Assembly: GCA_900548725.1 (NCBI GenBank)
Contig: URLV01000002.1
Location: forward strand, 2,312 to 66,311
Origin: an uncultured Mycoplasmatota bacterium
GTDB taxonomy: Bacteria > Bacillota_I > Bacilli_A > RF39 > UBA660
DNA: 64,000 nucleotides
Reading direction: 5' to 3'
The position numbers and the translations under genes were made by a program. How positions within the stretch are numbered: the first letter of the stretch is position 1; every line of letters starts with the position of its first letter. This document shows positions 8,668 through 18,340 of this stretch, piece by piece. The notes beneath the pieces were generated by a model that ran no database searches, was not told where the DNA came from, and worked only from the letters and a program-made list of their open reading frames with translations.

Positions 8668-10572
8668 TTATGCTATTTTGTAATCATCTTCAAGTGAAAA
8701 TTCTACATTCTCATTAATCCATTCTTTTCTAGGCTCTACTAAATCTCCCATCAAAGTATTAACTCTCTTTTCTGCAAGTACCGCATCATTTATAGAAACT
8801 TTAATTAAATTTCTAGTTTCAGGACACATTGTAGTTTCCCAGAATGGTCCAGGATTCATTTCACCTAATCCTTTATATCTTTGTACTTTATAATTACTTT
8901 TACCAGTAGTATAAAGTTTTAATTCTTCATTAGTCCAAAAATATTTTGTTTCTTTATTATAATCAACTCTGAATAAAGGTGGCATTGCTATATATAAATG
9001 TCCAGCCTCTATTAAAGGTTTCATAAATCTATAAAAGAAAGTTAATAATAAACATTGAATATGTGCTCCATCATCATCGGCATCTGTAGTAATAATAACT
9101 TTATCATAATTTATATCTTTTACGTCAAAATCATTACCAACTCCAGCACCAACACAATGAATTATTGTATTAATTTCTTCATTTTTAAATATATCAGTTA
9201 CGTTAGCTTTTTCTGTATTAATAATTTTACCTCTAAGTGGTAATATAGCTTGGAATTTTCTATCTCTACTTTTCTTTGCAGTACCACCGGCACTATTTCC
9301 TTCAACAATAAATAATTCATTTATTTTAGGATTTCTTGCTTGGGGAGGAGTTAATTTAGCACTTAAGCTCTTCGCTTCTCCTTTTTTATTTTTTCCATTT
9401 CTTGCTTCTTCTCTTGCTTTTCTAGCGGCTAATCTAGCAGTTTTACTTTTTAAAGCTTTTTCTAATATTGAAACAGCAGTATCTCTATTTTCTTCTAAAA
9501 AGAATTTTAAATTATCGTAAACTACAGTTTCTACTACATTTCTAGCTTCAGGAGTACCAAGTTTACCTTTTGTTTGACCTTCAAACTGTAGATATTTTTC
9601 TGGAATCTTTAAATTAATAACAGCAGTTAAGCCTTCCCTTACATCACTACCATCTAAGTTAGTATCTTTTGCTTTTAATATACCATTTGTTCTAGCATAA
9701 TCATTAAATACTTTAGTAATACCTGTTTTAAAACCAACCTCATGTGTTCCACCATCACCAGTTTTTACATTATTAACGAAAGATAATATATCTTCGTTGT
9801 AGCTGTCCGTATATTGAAGAGCTATGTCAACTTCTATTTCATTTTTTACGCCATGTATAGGAACTACTTTATGTAATGGATTTTTGTTTTCATTAATATA
9901 TTCAACAAATGATATAAGACCATTTTCATAATGATAAGTAGCATGTTTATCATCAACAACATCATGTATTTCTACAGTTAATTGTTTTAATAAGAAAGCA
10001 CTTTCTTGCATTCTTTCACATAAAGTTGTAAAAGAAAATTCTCTTTGTTTAAATATTTCTTTATCAGGCATAAAAGTTACTTCAGTACCAGTTTCACGAG
10101 TAGTACCAATAGTTTTCAAACTACTAGCAACATGTCCTCCATTTTTAAATTTTATTTCACTAATTTTACCATCTCTATAAATTACAACGTCCATCCATTC
10201 ACTTAATGCATTAACTACACTAGCACCAACTCCATGAAGTCCTCCAGATACTTTATAACCACTTTCTGTAAATTTACCACCAGCATGAAGTATTGTATAT
10301 ATAACTTCAGGAGTACTTTTACCACTTTCATGTTTCCCAATTGGTACACCTCTACCATTATCTCTAACAGTTAAACTTCCATCTCCATTTATAGTTATTA
10401 TTATTTTAGAACCAAAACCATTAATAATTTCATCGATACCATTATCAATTATTTCCCATGCTAAATGGTGAAGTCCTCTTTTATCTGTTGAGCCAATATA
10501 CATACCAGGTCTTTTTCTAACTGCTTCTAAACCTTCTAGTATTTTTATTGAACTCTCATCATATTTTGCCAT
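8668..10572 (-). CDS. parE: type IIA topoisomerase ATPase (B) subunit, ParE-like
   Basis: GHKL motifs (EIIDNGIDE, DNGRGVP, GLHGVGASVVNALS), QTKGKLG loop, Toprim motifs (VEGNSAGG, TDADDDGAHI), C-terminal RYKGLGEM. The SAKLTPPQ linker resembles ParE (LSGKLTPAQ) rather than GyrB (LPGKLADC). No A-subunit gene is adjacent. Confidence 0.7.
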   Translation of the reverse strand: MAKYDESSIKILEGLEAVRKRPGMYIGSTDKRGLHHLAWEIIDNGIDEIINGFGSKIIITINGDGSLTVRDNGRGVPIGKHESGKSTPEVIYTILHAGGKFTESGYKVSGGLHGVGASVVNALSEWMDVVIYRDGKISEIKFKNGGHVASSLKTIGTTRETGTEVTFMPDKEIFKQREFSFTTLCERMQESAFLLKQLTVEIHDVVDDKHATYHYENGLISFVEYINENKNPLHKVVPIHGVKNEIEVDIALQYTDSYNEDILSFVNNVKTGDGGTHEVGFKTGITKVFNDYARTNGILKAKDTNLDGSDVREGLTAVINLKIPEKYLQFEGQTKGKLGTPEARNVVETVVYDNLKFFLEENRDTAVSILEKALKSKTARLAARKAREEARNGKNKKGEAKSLSAKLTPPQARNPKINELFIVEGNSAGGTAKKSRDRKFQAILPLRGKIINTEKANVTDIFKNEEINTIIHCVGAGVGNDFDVKDINYDKVIITTDADDDGAHIQCLLLTFFYRFMKPLIEAGHLYIAMPPLFRVDYNKETKYFWTNEELKLYTTGKSNYKVQRYKGLGEMNPGPFWETTMCPETRNLIKVSINDAVLAEKRVNTLMGDLVEPRKEWINENVEFSLEDDYKIA

Positions 10573-10753
10573 ATCATCATCACCTTTACCTTATTAATTT
10601 TACCATATTTAAAAATTAATTACAATTAAAGAAAAAATTATTAATTTACCTAACTTACTATTTCCGAATTTAAAAAATAATATATCCTAAAACATAATTT
10701 TAATTATTAAAAAAAAACCATGATATTTCATAGAGATTTGACGACTTACAACT

Positions 10754-11148
10754 TCAAAAGTTTCTTGAGTACCTATCAATATAAAATATATTATAAATTA
10801 TTATTTTTAATAATTCTTTAAGTAAATGATCATTTTCAATTTTACTTATACCAAAACATTTTTTTCATAAATCTTTAAAACTTGCTCCACAAGGTATAAA
10901 GATTTATAATCTAATATTATAAATCTATCATGGTATTTATTAGATATTTTTACTTTTATATTATTATATTGTTTATTATATTTCTCGAAAGTCTCTTTAT
11001 TTATTTCTTTTGTATAAATAATAATATTAACTTTTATTTTTGAACACTAATAGAGTTTGGCTAAATCACTATCAAGCATAACTTGCACTCCTCTTACTTC
11101 ATAAATCATATTTTCTATCTTTTCTTGTTTAACTAATTCATTCATCAT
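10754..11148 (-). pseudogene. decayed ORF6N-domain (KilA-N/antirepressor-like) gene
   Basis: Good RBS and ATG at 11148. MMNELVKQEKIENMIYEVRGVQVMLDSDLAKLY then TAG. Downstream frames read ...NIKVKISNKYHDRFIILDYKSLYL.. and GASFKDL(TGA)KKCFGISKIENDHLLKELL. The family N- and C-termini are present, the middle is deleted, and there is a frameshift plus an in-frame stop. Confidence 0.6.
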
Positions 11149-11334
11149 ATTTTTCTCCTTTTTTAAAACAAAAAAAAAGATATATTATATAAAATATACC
11201 TCGCATACATTCATACAATCTTCGTTGCTTAAAGATTATACACCCTAGTCGTTCAAATTGTCATATTAATATGTAACAACTTAATTAATACATCTAAATT
11301 GTACCAAGCATTTTGTTGACTAACAAGTTGTAAT

Positions 11335-12543
11335 TTAAACTTTTTTTAAAACACACACACTTTCAAAATGAAAAGTATTACTAAACATATCTAACAAGTA
11401 AATTTTTTCTATCATATACTTTTCTTTCAACAAATTAATATCTCTTACCAAAGTAATAGGATTACAAGAAACATATATAATTTTATCAGAACTAATATTT
11501 AATACATCATTTACCATATTCTTATAAAGTCCACTTCTAGGAGGATCAATTATTAAAGTATCAATATTTTCTTTAATATTACTAATTAATTTACTACTAT
11601 CTCCACACATATAATAAGTATTATTAATTTTATTTATTTTAGCATTATTAATTGCATCAATTACACTATTTCTATTTAATTCAATACCATATATTTTATC
11701 AAATTCATAATCTATAACTTGTCCTAAAAAACCTACTCCACAATACAAATCTAATAATATTTTTCCATTACAGTTATCATTTATAACCTTTATCATTTCT
11801 TTAGTAATATAATTATTTATTTGAAAGAAAGAATTATAGTTGACTTTAAATAACTTATTATTAATCATTTCATAAAAAAAGTTATCTCCATAAAATATAT
11901 CATCATTAACAACTATACCAACTAATTTAATGTTCTTTTTTAAACTATCTATATCAATATTAACTTTATCATCAGTTTTAATAACTAATATTATTTCATC
12001 ATTATAATTACTTCTAATTATTATTTTACCATTATTTACATTAATATATTTTTTATTTTCAATAACTTTATTAATAGAATCTTTTGCTAACAAACATTTA
12101 TCTATTTCTACAAAATTATGTGTATTACTATTATAATAACCCCATCTATTATCTTGTATTTTCAACTCAATCTTATTTCTATAACCTATTACATCTTTAT
12201 TTTTTATTACATCAATATCTATATTCAAATTACTAAATTTTTTTAATATATTCTTTAATTTATCTTTTTTATACTGTATTTGATTATCATAATTCATATG
12301 TAATATATTACATCCACCACAAAATTTATAATAAGGACAGCTTACATTTACTCTATCTCTAGATTTTTTTTTATATTTAATTACTTCACCTTCATAATAT
12401 TTATTAGTTTCTTTAATAATATTTACATCAACTACTTCACCTATCATCGCATCACTAATAAATATTATTTTATTATCAACATAACCTATTCCACGACCAA
12501 AATCATCTAATTTTTCAACTTTAACATTATTTTTTATATTCAT
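11335..12543 (-). CDS. RNA (uracil-C5)-methyltransferase, RumA/RlmCD/TrmA family
   Basis: N-terminal TRAM-like domain, Cys cluster CPYYKFCGGCNILH, SAM-binding LDLYCGVG, and IIDPPRSG motif. Confidence 0.8.
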   Translation of the reverse strand: MNIKNNVKVEKLDDFGRGIGYVDNKIIFISDAMIGEVVDVNIIKETNKYYEGEVIKYKKKSRDRVNVSCPYYKFCGGCNILHMNYDNQIQYKKDKLKNILKKFSNLNIDIDVIKNKDVIGYRNKIELKIQDNRWGYYNSNTHNFVEIDKCLLAKDSINKVIENKKYINVNNGKIIIRSNYNDEIILVIKTDDKVNIDIDSLKKNIKLVGIVVNDDIFYGDNFFYEMINNKLFKVNYNSFFQINNYITKEMIKVINDNCNGKILLDLYCGVGFLGQVIDYEFDKIYGIELNRNSVIDAINNAKINKINNTYYMCGDSSKLISNIKENIDTLIIDPPRSGLYKNMVNDVLNISSDKIIYVSCNPITLVRDINLLKEKYMIEKIYLLDMFSNTFHFESVCVLKKV

Positions 12544-13243
12544 ATAACTTTTTCACTTCTTTTATAGATAATTGTCTATATTCTCCACTCTTAAGCCCAT
12601 CTAAATTCAAAAATGCATACTCTATTCTAGTTAATTTATCTACTAAATAATTAAGTTCCATAAATACTCTTTTTATAATATGATTACGTCCTTCAACAAT
12701 ACTTATTTCAATAATACTATAATCTTTTTCTTTATCATTTTTTTTAATTTTAACACGAGTAGGAATACATTTAACTCCATCAACTTTTATGCCATGTTCT
12801 AATTTCTTTAAATCACTTATTTCAAAATATTTATTTAATTTAGCAATGTATTTCTTTTCTACTTTATTGTTTGGATGCATTAATGTATTTGCAAGTTCAC
12901 CATCATTTGTTAAAAGTATTATACCTGTAGTATCATAATCTAATCTTCCAATAGGATATATACGTTTTTTTGTATCTATTAAATCTACTACAGTTTTTCT
13001 ACCCTTATCATCACTAACACTAGAAATAATTTCTCTAGGTTTATTAAGTAAATATACTACTTTATCTTCTTCCAAACTAAGTACTTTACCTTCAACTTCT
13101 ATAGCATCAGTTTTATCTACCTTAGTTCCTAATTCAGTAACTCTTTCTCCATTAACATATACTTTACCTTTACTTATTAATTCTTCTGCTTTTCTTCTAG
13201 AACAATAACCACTATTTGCAATAACCTTTTGTAATCTTTCCAT
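12527..13243 (-). CDS. rluB: pseudouridine synthase RluB family (S4 domain + RsuA/RluB catalytic domain)
   Basis: MERLQKVIANSGYCSRRKAEELI S4 domain and the catalytic GRLDYDTTGIILLTNDGEL motif. Start moved to the seventh codon (ATG 13243), matching the family N-terminus. Confidence 0.8.
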   Translation of the reverse strand: MERLQKVIANSGYCSRRKAEELISKGKVYVNGERVTELGTKVDKTDAIEVEGKVLSLEEDKVVYLLNKPREIISSVSDDKGRKTVVDLIDTKKRIYPIGRLDYDTTGIILLTNDGELANTLMHPNNKVEKKYIAKLNKYFEISDLKKLEHGIKVDGVKCIPTRVKIKKNDKEKDYSIIEISIVEGRNHIIKRVFMELNYLVDKLTRIEYAFLNLDGLKSGEYRQLSIKEVKKLYEYKK

Positions 13244-13304
13244 AAAGTTCACTTCTTTCATAGAAGTATTTTAACATAAATTTTGCAAAATAAAAAGTAG
13301 ATTA

Positions 13305-13829
13305 TTATCTACCAAAGAACAAATAAACTAGTAAAAAACTCATAAGTATTCCCACTAAGTCAGCAAATAAACCAACTGGAAGTGCATATCTAGTTTTTTT
13401 AACTCCAATACTACCAAAATAAAGTGCTAAAACATAAAAAGTGGTATCTGTTGAACCTTGTATAGTACTAGCAAGTTTTCCCATAATAGAATCTGGTCCA
13501 TATTTACCTAATATATTATTTAATATTGCTAAACTAGCATTACCACTTATTGGTCTAAATAATGACATACTTATTATATCAGTACTTAAATTATATTTTG
13601 ATAACATAGGGTTTAAAAATGAACTAATATAATCTATAAAACCACTTTTAATTAAAAGATTTACAGCAAATATCATCGCAAGTATATTAGGAAATATTTC
13701 TACACAAGTTTTAAGTCCTTCTAATACACCTTTCATAAAAGAATCATATATATTAATATGTTTCTTATATCCATAAAGAACTATACTTAAAACTATTAAA
13801 GGAAGTGTTATTATACTAAACGTTGCCAT
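13305..13829 (-). CDS. spmB: spore maturation protein B-like (nucleoside-recognition domain membrane protein)
   Basis: Polytopic 174-aa ORF immediately after the spmA-like ORF and a dacB-like PBP. Same order as the B. subtilis dacB-spmA-spmB operon. Confidence 0.65.
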   Translation of the reverse strand: MATFSIITLPLIVLSIVLYGYKKHINIYDSFMKGVLEGLKTCVEIFPNILAMIFAVNLLIKSGFIDYISSFLNPMLSKYNLSTDIISMSLFRPISGNASLAILNNILGKYGPDSIMGKLASTIQGSTDTTFYVLALYFGSIGVKKTRYALPVGLFADLVGILMSFLLVYLFFGR

Positions 13830-14400
13830 TTTTTCTCCTTATAAAATAATCTAATATTAATCCAGATATACAAGATGAAAATGTTGCTATTATACAAGTT
13901 GGTATTACTTCTGTAGGAGAAGCACTTCCATGCATAACACGTAAAGATATTATAGTAGTTGGTATTATTGTAACACCACCAGTATTAAGTACTAAAAATG
14001 TTATCATAGCTGTAGTTGCTCTATCTTTTTTATCATTTAATTTTTGTAACTCTTTCATAGCTTTTAAACCACATGGTGTTGCAGCAGAACCTAAACCAGC
14101 CATATTTATAGCAACGTTACTAGCTATCAAACCCAACGCTTCATTATCTTTTGGTATCGTAGGAAATAATCGTTTAAGTATAAAACTTAATTTATGTGCA
14201 ATTTTTTTTAATAAACCACTATCTTCTGCAATACGCATTAATCCCATCCATAAAGCAAGCATAGGAAGCATTTCTAACATTAATTCTAAAGCACTTTTTC
14301 CACTATTTATTATTTCTGTATTTATTAAATCAATTTTACCATTTATATAACCAAAAACAATACCAATTATTATAAAACTACCCCATAAGACATTTACCAT
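13816..14400 (-). CDS. spmA: spore maturation protein A-like (nucleoside-recognition domain membrane protein)
   Basis: MVNVLWGSFIIIGIVFG... N-terminus and membrane topology typical of SpmA. Synteny with dacB and spmB. Confidence 0.65.
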   Translation of the reverse strand: MVNVLWGSFIIIGIVFGYINGKIDLINTEIINSGKSALELMLEMLPMLALWMGLMRIAEDSGLLKKIAHKLSFILKRLFPTIPKDNEALGLIASNVAINMAGLGSAATPCGLKAMKELQKLNDKKDRATTAMITFLVLNTGGVTIIPTTIISLRVMHGSASPTEVIPTCIIATFSSCISGLILDYFIRRKNGNV

Positions 14401-14409
14401 TAAATCATC

Positions 14410-15453
14410 CTATCTAAAAAAACTTTTTATCTTATCTATAAAACTTTTTTTCTTTTCTTTTTTAATAATTTTTTTCTTCTCATAAATATATTCTTTCACT
14501 AATACTTTATCATCTAATTTAACTAAAACATATCCAACTATATCACTAACATTATCATCATATAAAACAACTTCTTTATTAATTTTTTTATATTCATCAT
14601 TAGTTAAAGCAATGTACTTATCATTTTTTATATAATAATTCTTATTTTGAAACTTTTCATCTTTACTTAATATCTTATAACTCTTATACTTATTAAAATA
14701 TTTTTCATACAATGCTTTGTGATTGCTAAAATCATTTGGATCATTTAAAGTAACTACAACAAAATTCATACCGTCTTTACTAGCAGTAGTTACTAAAGTT
14801 CTTCTTGCTTTTTCTGTAAATCCAGTTTTACCACCATTACAATATTTATATTCTTTTAATAATCTATTTTTGTTATACCACATATAAGTTTTATAATTTG
14901 TTTTTACCATTTTTTCTTTTGTACTAACAATAGTTCTAAATTTTTCATTCTTCATAGCATAACTCATTAAGAGTGCCATATCATTACTCGTACTAGTATT
15001 TCCAACTCCATCATTATTTTCTAAACCACTAGAATTAACAAAATTTGTATGTTTCATTCCAATTGATTTTGCAGTATCATTCATCATTTTTACAAAATTT
15101 TCCATACTTCCACCAACAGTGTTTGCAATTTGTATAGCAGCGTCATTTCCACTTCTAAGCATCAATCCATATAGTAAGTTTTCCATACTAATTTCTTCTC
15201 CAACTTCAACATATATACCACTACCATAACTTTTTAAAACACTTTCATCTATTTTAACCATTTTAGAAATATCATAATTATTTATTGTAACAATAGCAGT
15301 CATTATTTTAGAAATACTAGCAATCAATCTAACGTCGTTACCGTTACTATTATAAAGTACTCTATTAGTATCCATATCCATTAATGTAGTACTTGTTGCA
15401 TTTACTCTCAAAGGAAATAAAATAATTATCAAAAATATAATATACTTTTTCAT
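14410..15453 (-). CDS. dacB: D-alanyl-D-alanine carboxypeptidase (S11 low-MW PBP, DacB-like)
   Basis: Signal peptide, SxxK (ASISKIMT), SGN (RSGND) and KTG (GKTGFT) motifs. Confidence 0.75.
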   Translation of the reverse strand: MKKYIIFLIIILFPLRVNATSTTLMDMDTNRVLYNSNGNDVRLIASISKIMTAIVTINNYDISKMVKIDESVLKSYGSGIYVEVGEEISMENLLYGLMLRSGNDAAIQIANTVGGSMENFVKMMNDTAKSIGMKHTNFVNSSGLENNDGVGNTSTSNDMALLMSYAMKNEKFRTIVSTKEKMVKTNYKTYMWYNKNRLLKEYKYCNGGKTGFTEKARRTLVTTASKDGMNFVVVTLNDPNDFSNHKALYEKYFNKYKSYKILSKDEKFQNKNYYIKNDKYIALTNDEYKKINKEVVLYDDNVSDIVGYVLVKLDDKVLVKEYIYEKKKIIKKEKKKSFIDKIKSFFR

Positions 15454-15510
15454 ATATTCACCTATAAAATTGTATGAAAAAAAAGACTTATTTAGTCTTA
15501 TAAATTTCGA

Positions 15511-16269
15511 TTAAAATATAACTTTAATAATTTCACTAATAATATTCATATTTAGATAAATAATTAATAAACTACTTACCAAAAATGGTCCAAAAGGTAA
15601 CATATTATCTTTATTTTTTAAAGTAACATAAACAGCATAAGGAAAAGCTAAAAATGAAGCCAAAACTATATAAAGTATACCAAGTTTAACTCCAAGTACC
15701 ATACCAGCAACAAAAGATAATTTAATATCTCCTCCACCTAATGCTTCTTGTTTAAATGCTAATGAACCAAATAGCATTAATAAATATGCTACACCAAAAA
15801 TTATTAATCCATAAACTAATGACAATAATGCACTTACTATACCAGTATCTAACCATCTAATTATAAATATAAGTATAGCACTTACAATTAATGGACTATC
15901 ATTTATAATCATATATTTAGAATCACTTACAAATATAATTATAACTAAACTTGAAATTATTACTGCTATAAAAAATTCATAACTAATACCAAAAACTTTA
16001 TAACATAATGCAAATAAACATCCACTTAATAATTCTGTCATAAAATAAACAAATCCAATAGGAGTTTTACATTTTTTACAATGTCCTCCTAAAAATATAT
16101 AACTCAACAACGGTATATTCTCATACCATTTCAAATAATGACCACATTTTTCACAATGACTCCCAGGTTTTACTATACTTTTTTCTTCTGGAAGTCTTGT
16201 CCCTACTACTCCATAAAAGGAACCAAATATGGCTCCAATAATAAACATAAAATATAACACTAAAATCAC
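15511..16269 (-). CDS. type IV prepilin leader peptidase (A24 family, PilD/ComC-like)
   Basis: N-terminal Cys-pair zinc motif (SHCEKCGHYL...GHCKKCKTPIG), polytopic body, and GGGDIKL active-site motif. Confidence 0.8.
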   Translation of the reverse strand: MILVLYFMFIIGAIFGSFYGVVGTRLPEEKSIVKPGSHCEKCGHYLKWYENIPLLSYIFLGGHCKKCKTPIGFVYFMTELLSGCLFALCYKVFGISYEFFIAVIISSLVIIIFVSDSKYMIINDSPLIVSAILIFIIRWLDTGIVSALLSLVYGLIIFGVAYLLMLFGSLAFKQEALGGGDIKLSFVAGMVLGVKLGILYIVLASFLAFPYAVYVTLKNKDNMLPFGPFLVSSLLIIYLNMNIISEIIKVIF

Positions 16270-17895
16270 CTAACTTATTTGTCCATATAAACTAAACATT
16301 GGTATAATTACAGATAAAACTACACCACCTACAACAACTGCTAAGAATATAATCATTATTGGTTCTATTAATGATTTTAAAGAGTTAATTATATTTTTAT
16401 GTTCTTCTTGATAATATAAACTAACTTTTGCCATCATTTCAGCAAGTTCTCCAGTAGATTCACCAGTAACTATCATATAATATGCTACTTCAGGAATCGC
16501 CCAATTATCTTTAAATGATGTACTTATCTTTTCTCCTACAGCAATATTGTTAATAGTATTAAACATTATTTCTTTATATATTTCATTATTTGTAATCTTA
16601 GTTAATATTTCCATACTATCAGTAATAAATACATTATTCTTTAACAATGAAGAGAATGTCTTAGTAAATATTGTCATTTCATTATATATTATTATTTTAC
16701 CAAATAAAGGTAATTTCATTGCAAACTTCTGTAAAGCATATTTAATACTTTTAACATTAGTATATAAATAATATATAATTAAAATAATAACAACAATAAC
16801 GATTAATATATACATAATATTATTTTTCAAAAAATCACTAGCACTCATTACAAACAATGTAAGTCCATTAAGTTCAACACCAGCTGATTCATAAATTCCA
16901 CTAAATTGAGGAACTACATATAGTAAAATAAATGTTACAACAGCAATAGAAAATATCATAACAGCAGTTGGATAAGTCAATGCACTTATCATTTGTTTTC
17001 TTGTACTTTCTATTTCATTATAATATTCTGCCATATCATCAAGCGTTGCCTCTAAATCACCTGTTGCTTCAGCAGCTTTAATCATATTTATTAAAAGTGA
17101 TGGAAAAGCATTCCCTTGTTTTAATAATGCATCACTAAAACTTTCACCCATAATCAATTGATAAACAATCGCATCAAATAAACGCTTTTTATATTGGTCT
17201 CTCTTACCCATTTGCATACCAAGTATTCTCATTGCATCAGTTAAAGGTATACTAGATTTTAAATATGTAGATAATTGTGTTAACCAAAATATTAAATCTT
17301 TAGTTTTTAATTTTCTTTTAGAAAAACTTTTTTGTCCATACAATAATTCTATAAATTTATTATTTTCTAACTTAAATACTGTATATCCTTCAGATTCTAA
17401 GAAATTAAATACTTCTTGCTTAGTATAAGCAACTAAATATCCAACAACGTCATGTCCTTCACTATCTCTAGCAGTATATCTATATGTATTAGGATATTCT
17501 GTTCTAACACTATCTTGTTTATTAATTTCACTTATTAATAAATCTCTTTCTTTTAATTTTTTTTCATTTATTTTTTTATTAATTTTCTTATTTTCTTTTT
17601 TTACTTTCAAAGTACTATGACTCTTACTTGCTTCTTTTTGCTTTATTTCATTATTCTTTTTAATTTTATCATCTATAGAATCCATTTCTAAATTAACAGC
17701 TTTAATAACATCTTGCTTCTCTTTTTTATTTCTACTATTAGCATAACTTTTATATATAGAACTAGAAATTAAATTATATATAAATATAAATGGATAAACT
17801 AACGCATAAAATGTATAATAACATCCTAAACAAAAATATATAAAAGGAGATAATAATATCAAAAATATATTTTTCTTTTTTTTATTATTCTTCAT
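16270..17895 (-). CDS. type II secretion / type IV pilus platform protein (GspF/PilC family) with an extra N-terminal membrane plus Lys-rich extension
   Basis: Two T2SSF repeats (…SSIPLTDAMRILG…, …EATGDLEATLDDMAEYY…, …ESTGELAEMMAKVSLYY…). ATG at 17895 has a GAAGGAG RBS. The first ~130 aa contain two TM segments and a KKxNKK-rich segment not normally present. Confidence 0.8.
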   Translation of the reverse strand: MKNNKKKKNIFLILLSPFIYFCLGCYYTFYALVYPFIFIYNLISSSIYKSYANSRNKKEKQDVIKAVNLEMDSIDDKIKKNNEIKQKEASKSHSTLKVKKENKKINKKINEKKLKERDLLISEINKQDSVRTEYPNTYRYTARDSEGHDVVGYLVAYTKQEVFNFLESEGYTVFKLENNKFIELLYGQKSFSKRKLKTKDLIFWLTQLSTYLKSSIPLTDAMRILGMQMGKRDQYKKRLFDAIVYQLIMGESFSDALLKQGNAFPSLLINMIKAAEATGDLEATLDDMAEYYNEIESTRKQMISALTYPTAVMIFSIAVVTFILLYVVPQFSGIYESAGVELNGLTLFVMSASDFLKNNIMYILIVIVVIILIIYYLYTNVKSIKYALQKFAMKLPLFGKIIIYNEMTIFTKTFSSLLKNNVFITDSMEILTKITNNEIYKEIMFNTINNIAVGEKISTSFKDNWAIPEVAYYMIVTGESTGELAEMMAKVSLYYQEEHKNIINSLKSLIEPIMIIFLAVVVGGVVLSVIIPMFSLYGQIS

Positions 17896-17999
17896 ATTCT
17901 CTACTCCTTCTATCATTACTATAAATAGTATAACATATAATAAGTATAAAATGTAAAGTTTTTTATTAAATTTCATATAATTATATGAGTGTGATATAT

Positions 18000-18305
18000 A
18001 TGAATAATGACCCATCTACTTTAACAAAAATATTATCGGGAATAAACAATACCTTAAATATTGCTAACAAAGCAATGCCCATATACAAAGAAGCAAAGCC
18101 AATTTTTAAAACAATAAATAATACTTATAAAAATATTAAAACAAATAAAACAGATTTATCAAATATGATAAAATTAATGAAATTAAAAAATACTATAAAA
18201 AAAGATATGAATACAAATACTATATCAAATATAGAAGATAACATATCAACTACTATAACTAAAGATACTTATAATAATGTTAATAATCCTACATTCTTTA
18301 TTTAA
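18000..18305 (+). CDS. small Asn/Lys-rich protein, possibly VrrA/YqfQ-like
   Basis: The only plus-strand ORF in a 445-bp gap, ending at a bidirectional terminator. The segment INNTLNIANKAMPIYKEAKPIFKTINNTYKNIK loosely recalls YqfQ-family repeats. Weak RBS. Confidence 0.35.
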   Translation: MNNDPSTLTKILSGINNTLNIANKAMPIYKEAKPIFKTINNTYKNIKTNKTDLSNMIKLMKLKNTIKKDMNTNTISNIEDNISTTITKDTYNNVNNPTFFI

Positions 18306-18338
18306 AAAGTCTGTTATAAAAATATATAACAGACTTTT
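18305..18338. terminator. bidirectional rho-independent terminator
   Basis: AAAAGTCTGTTATA-loop-TATAACAGACTTTT with A/T runs on both sides. It sits between convergent ORFs ending at 18305 (+) and 18341 (-). Confidence 0.7.
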
Positions 18339-18340
18339 AT

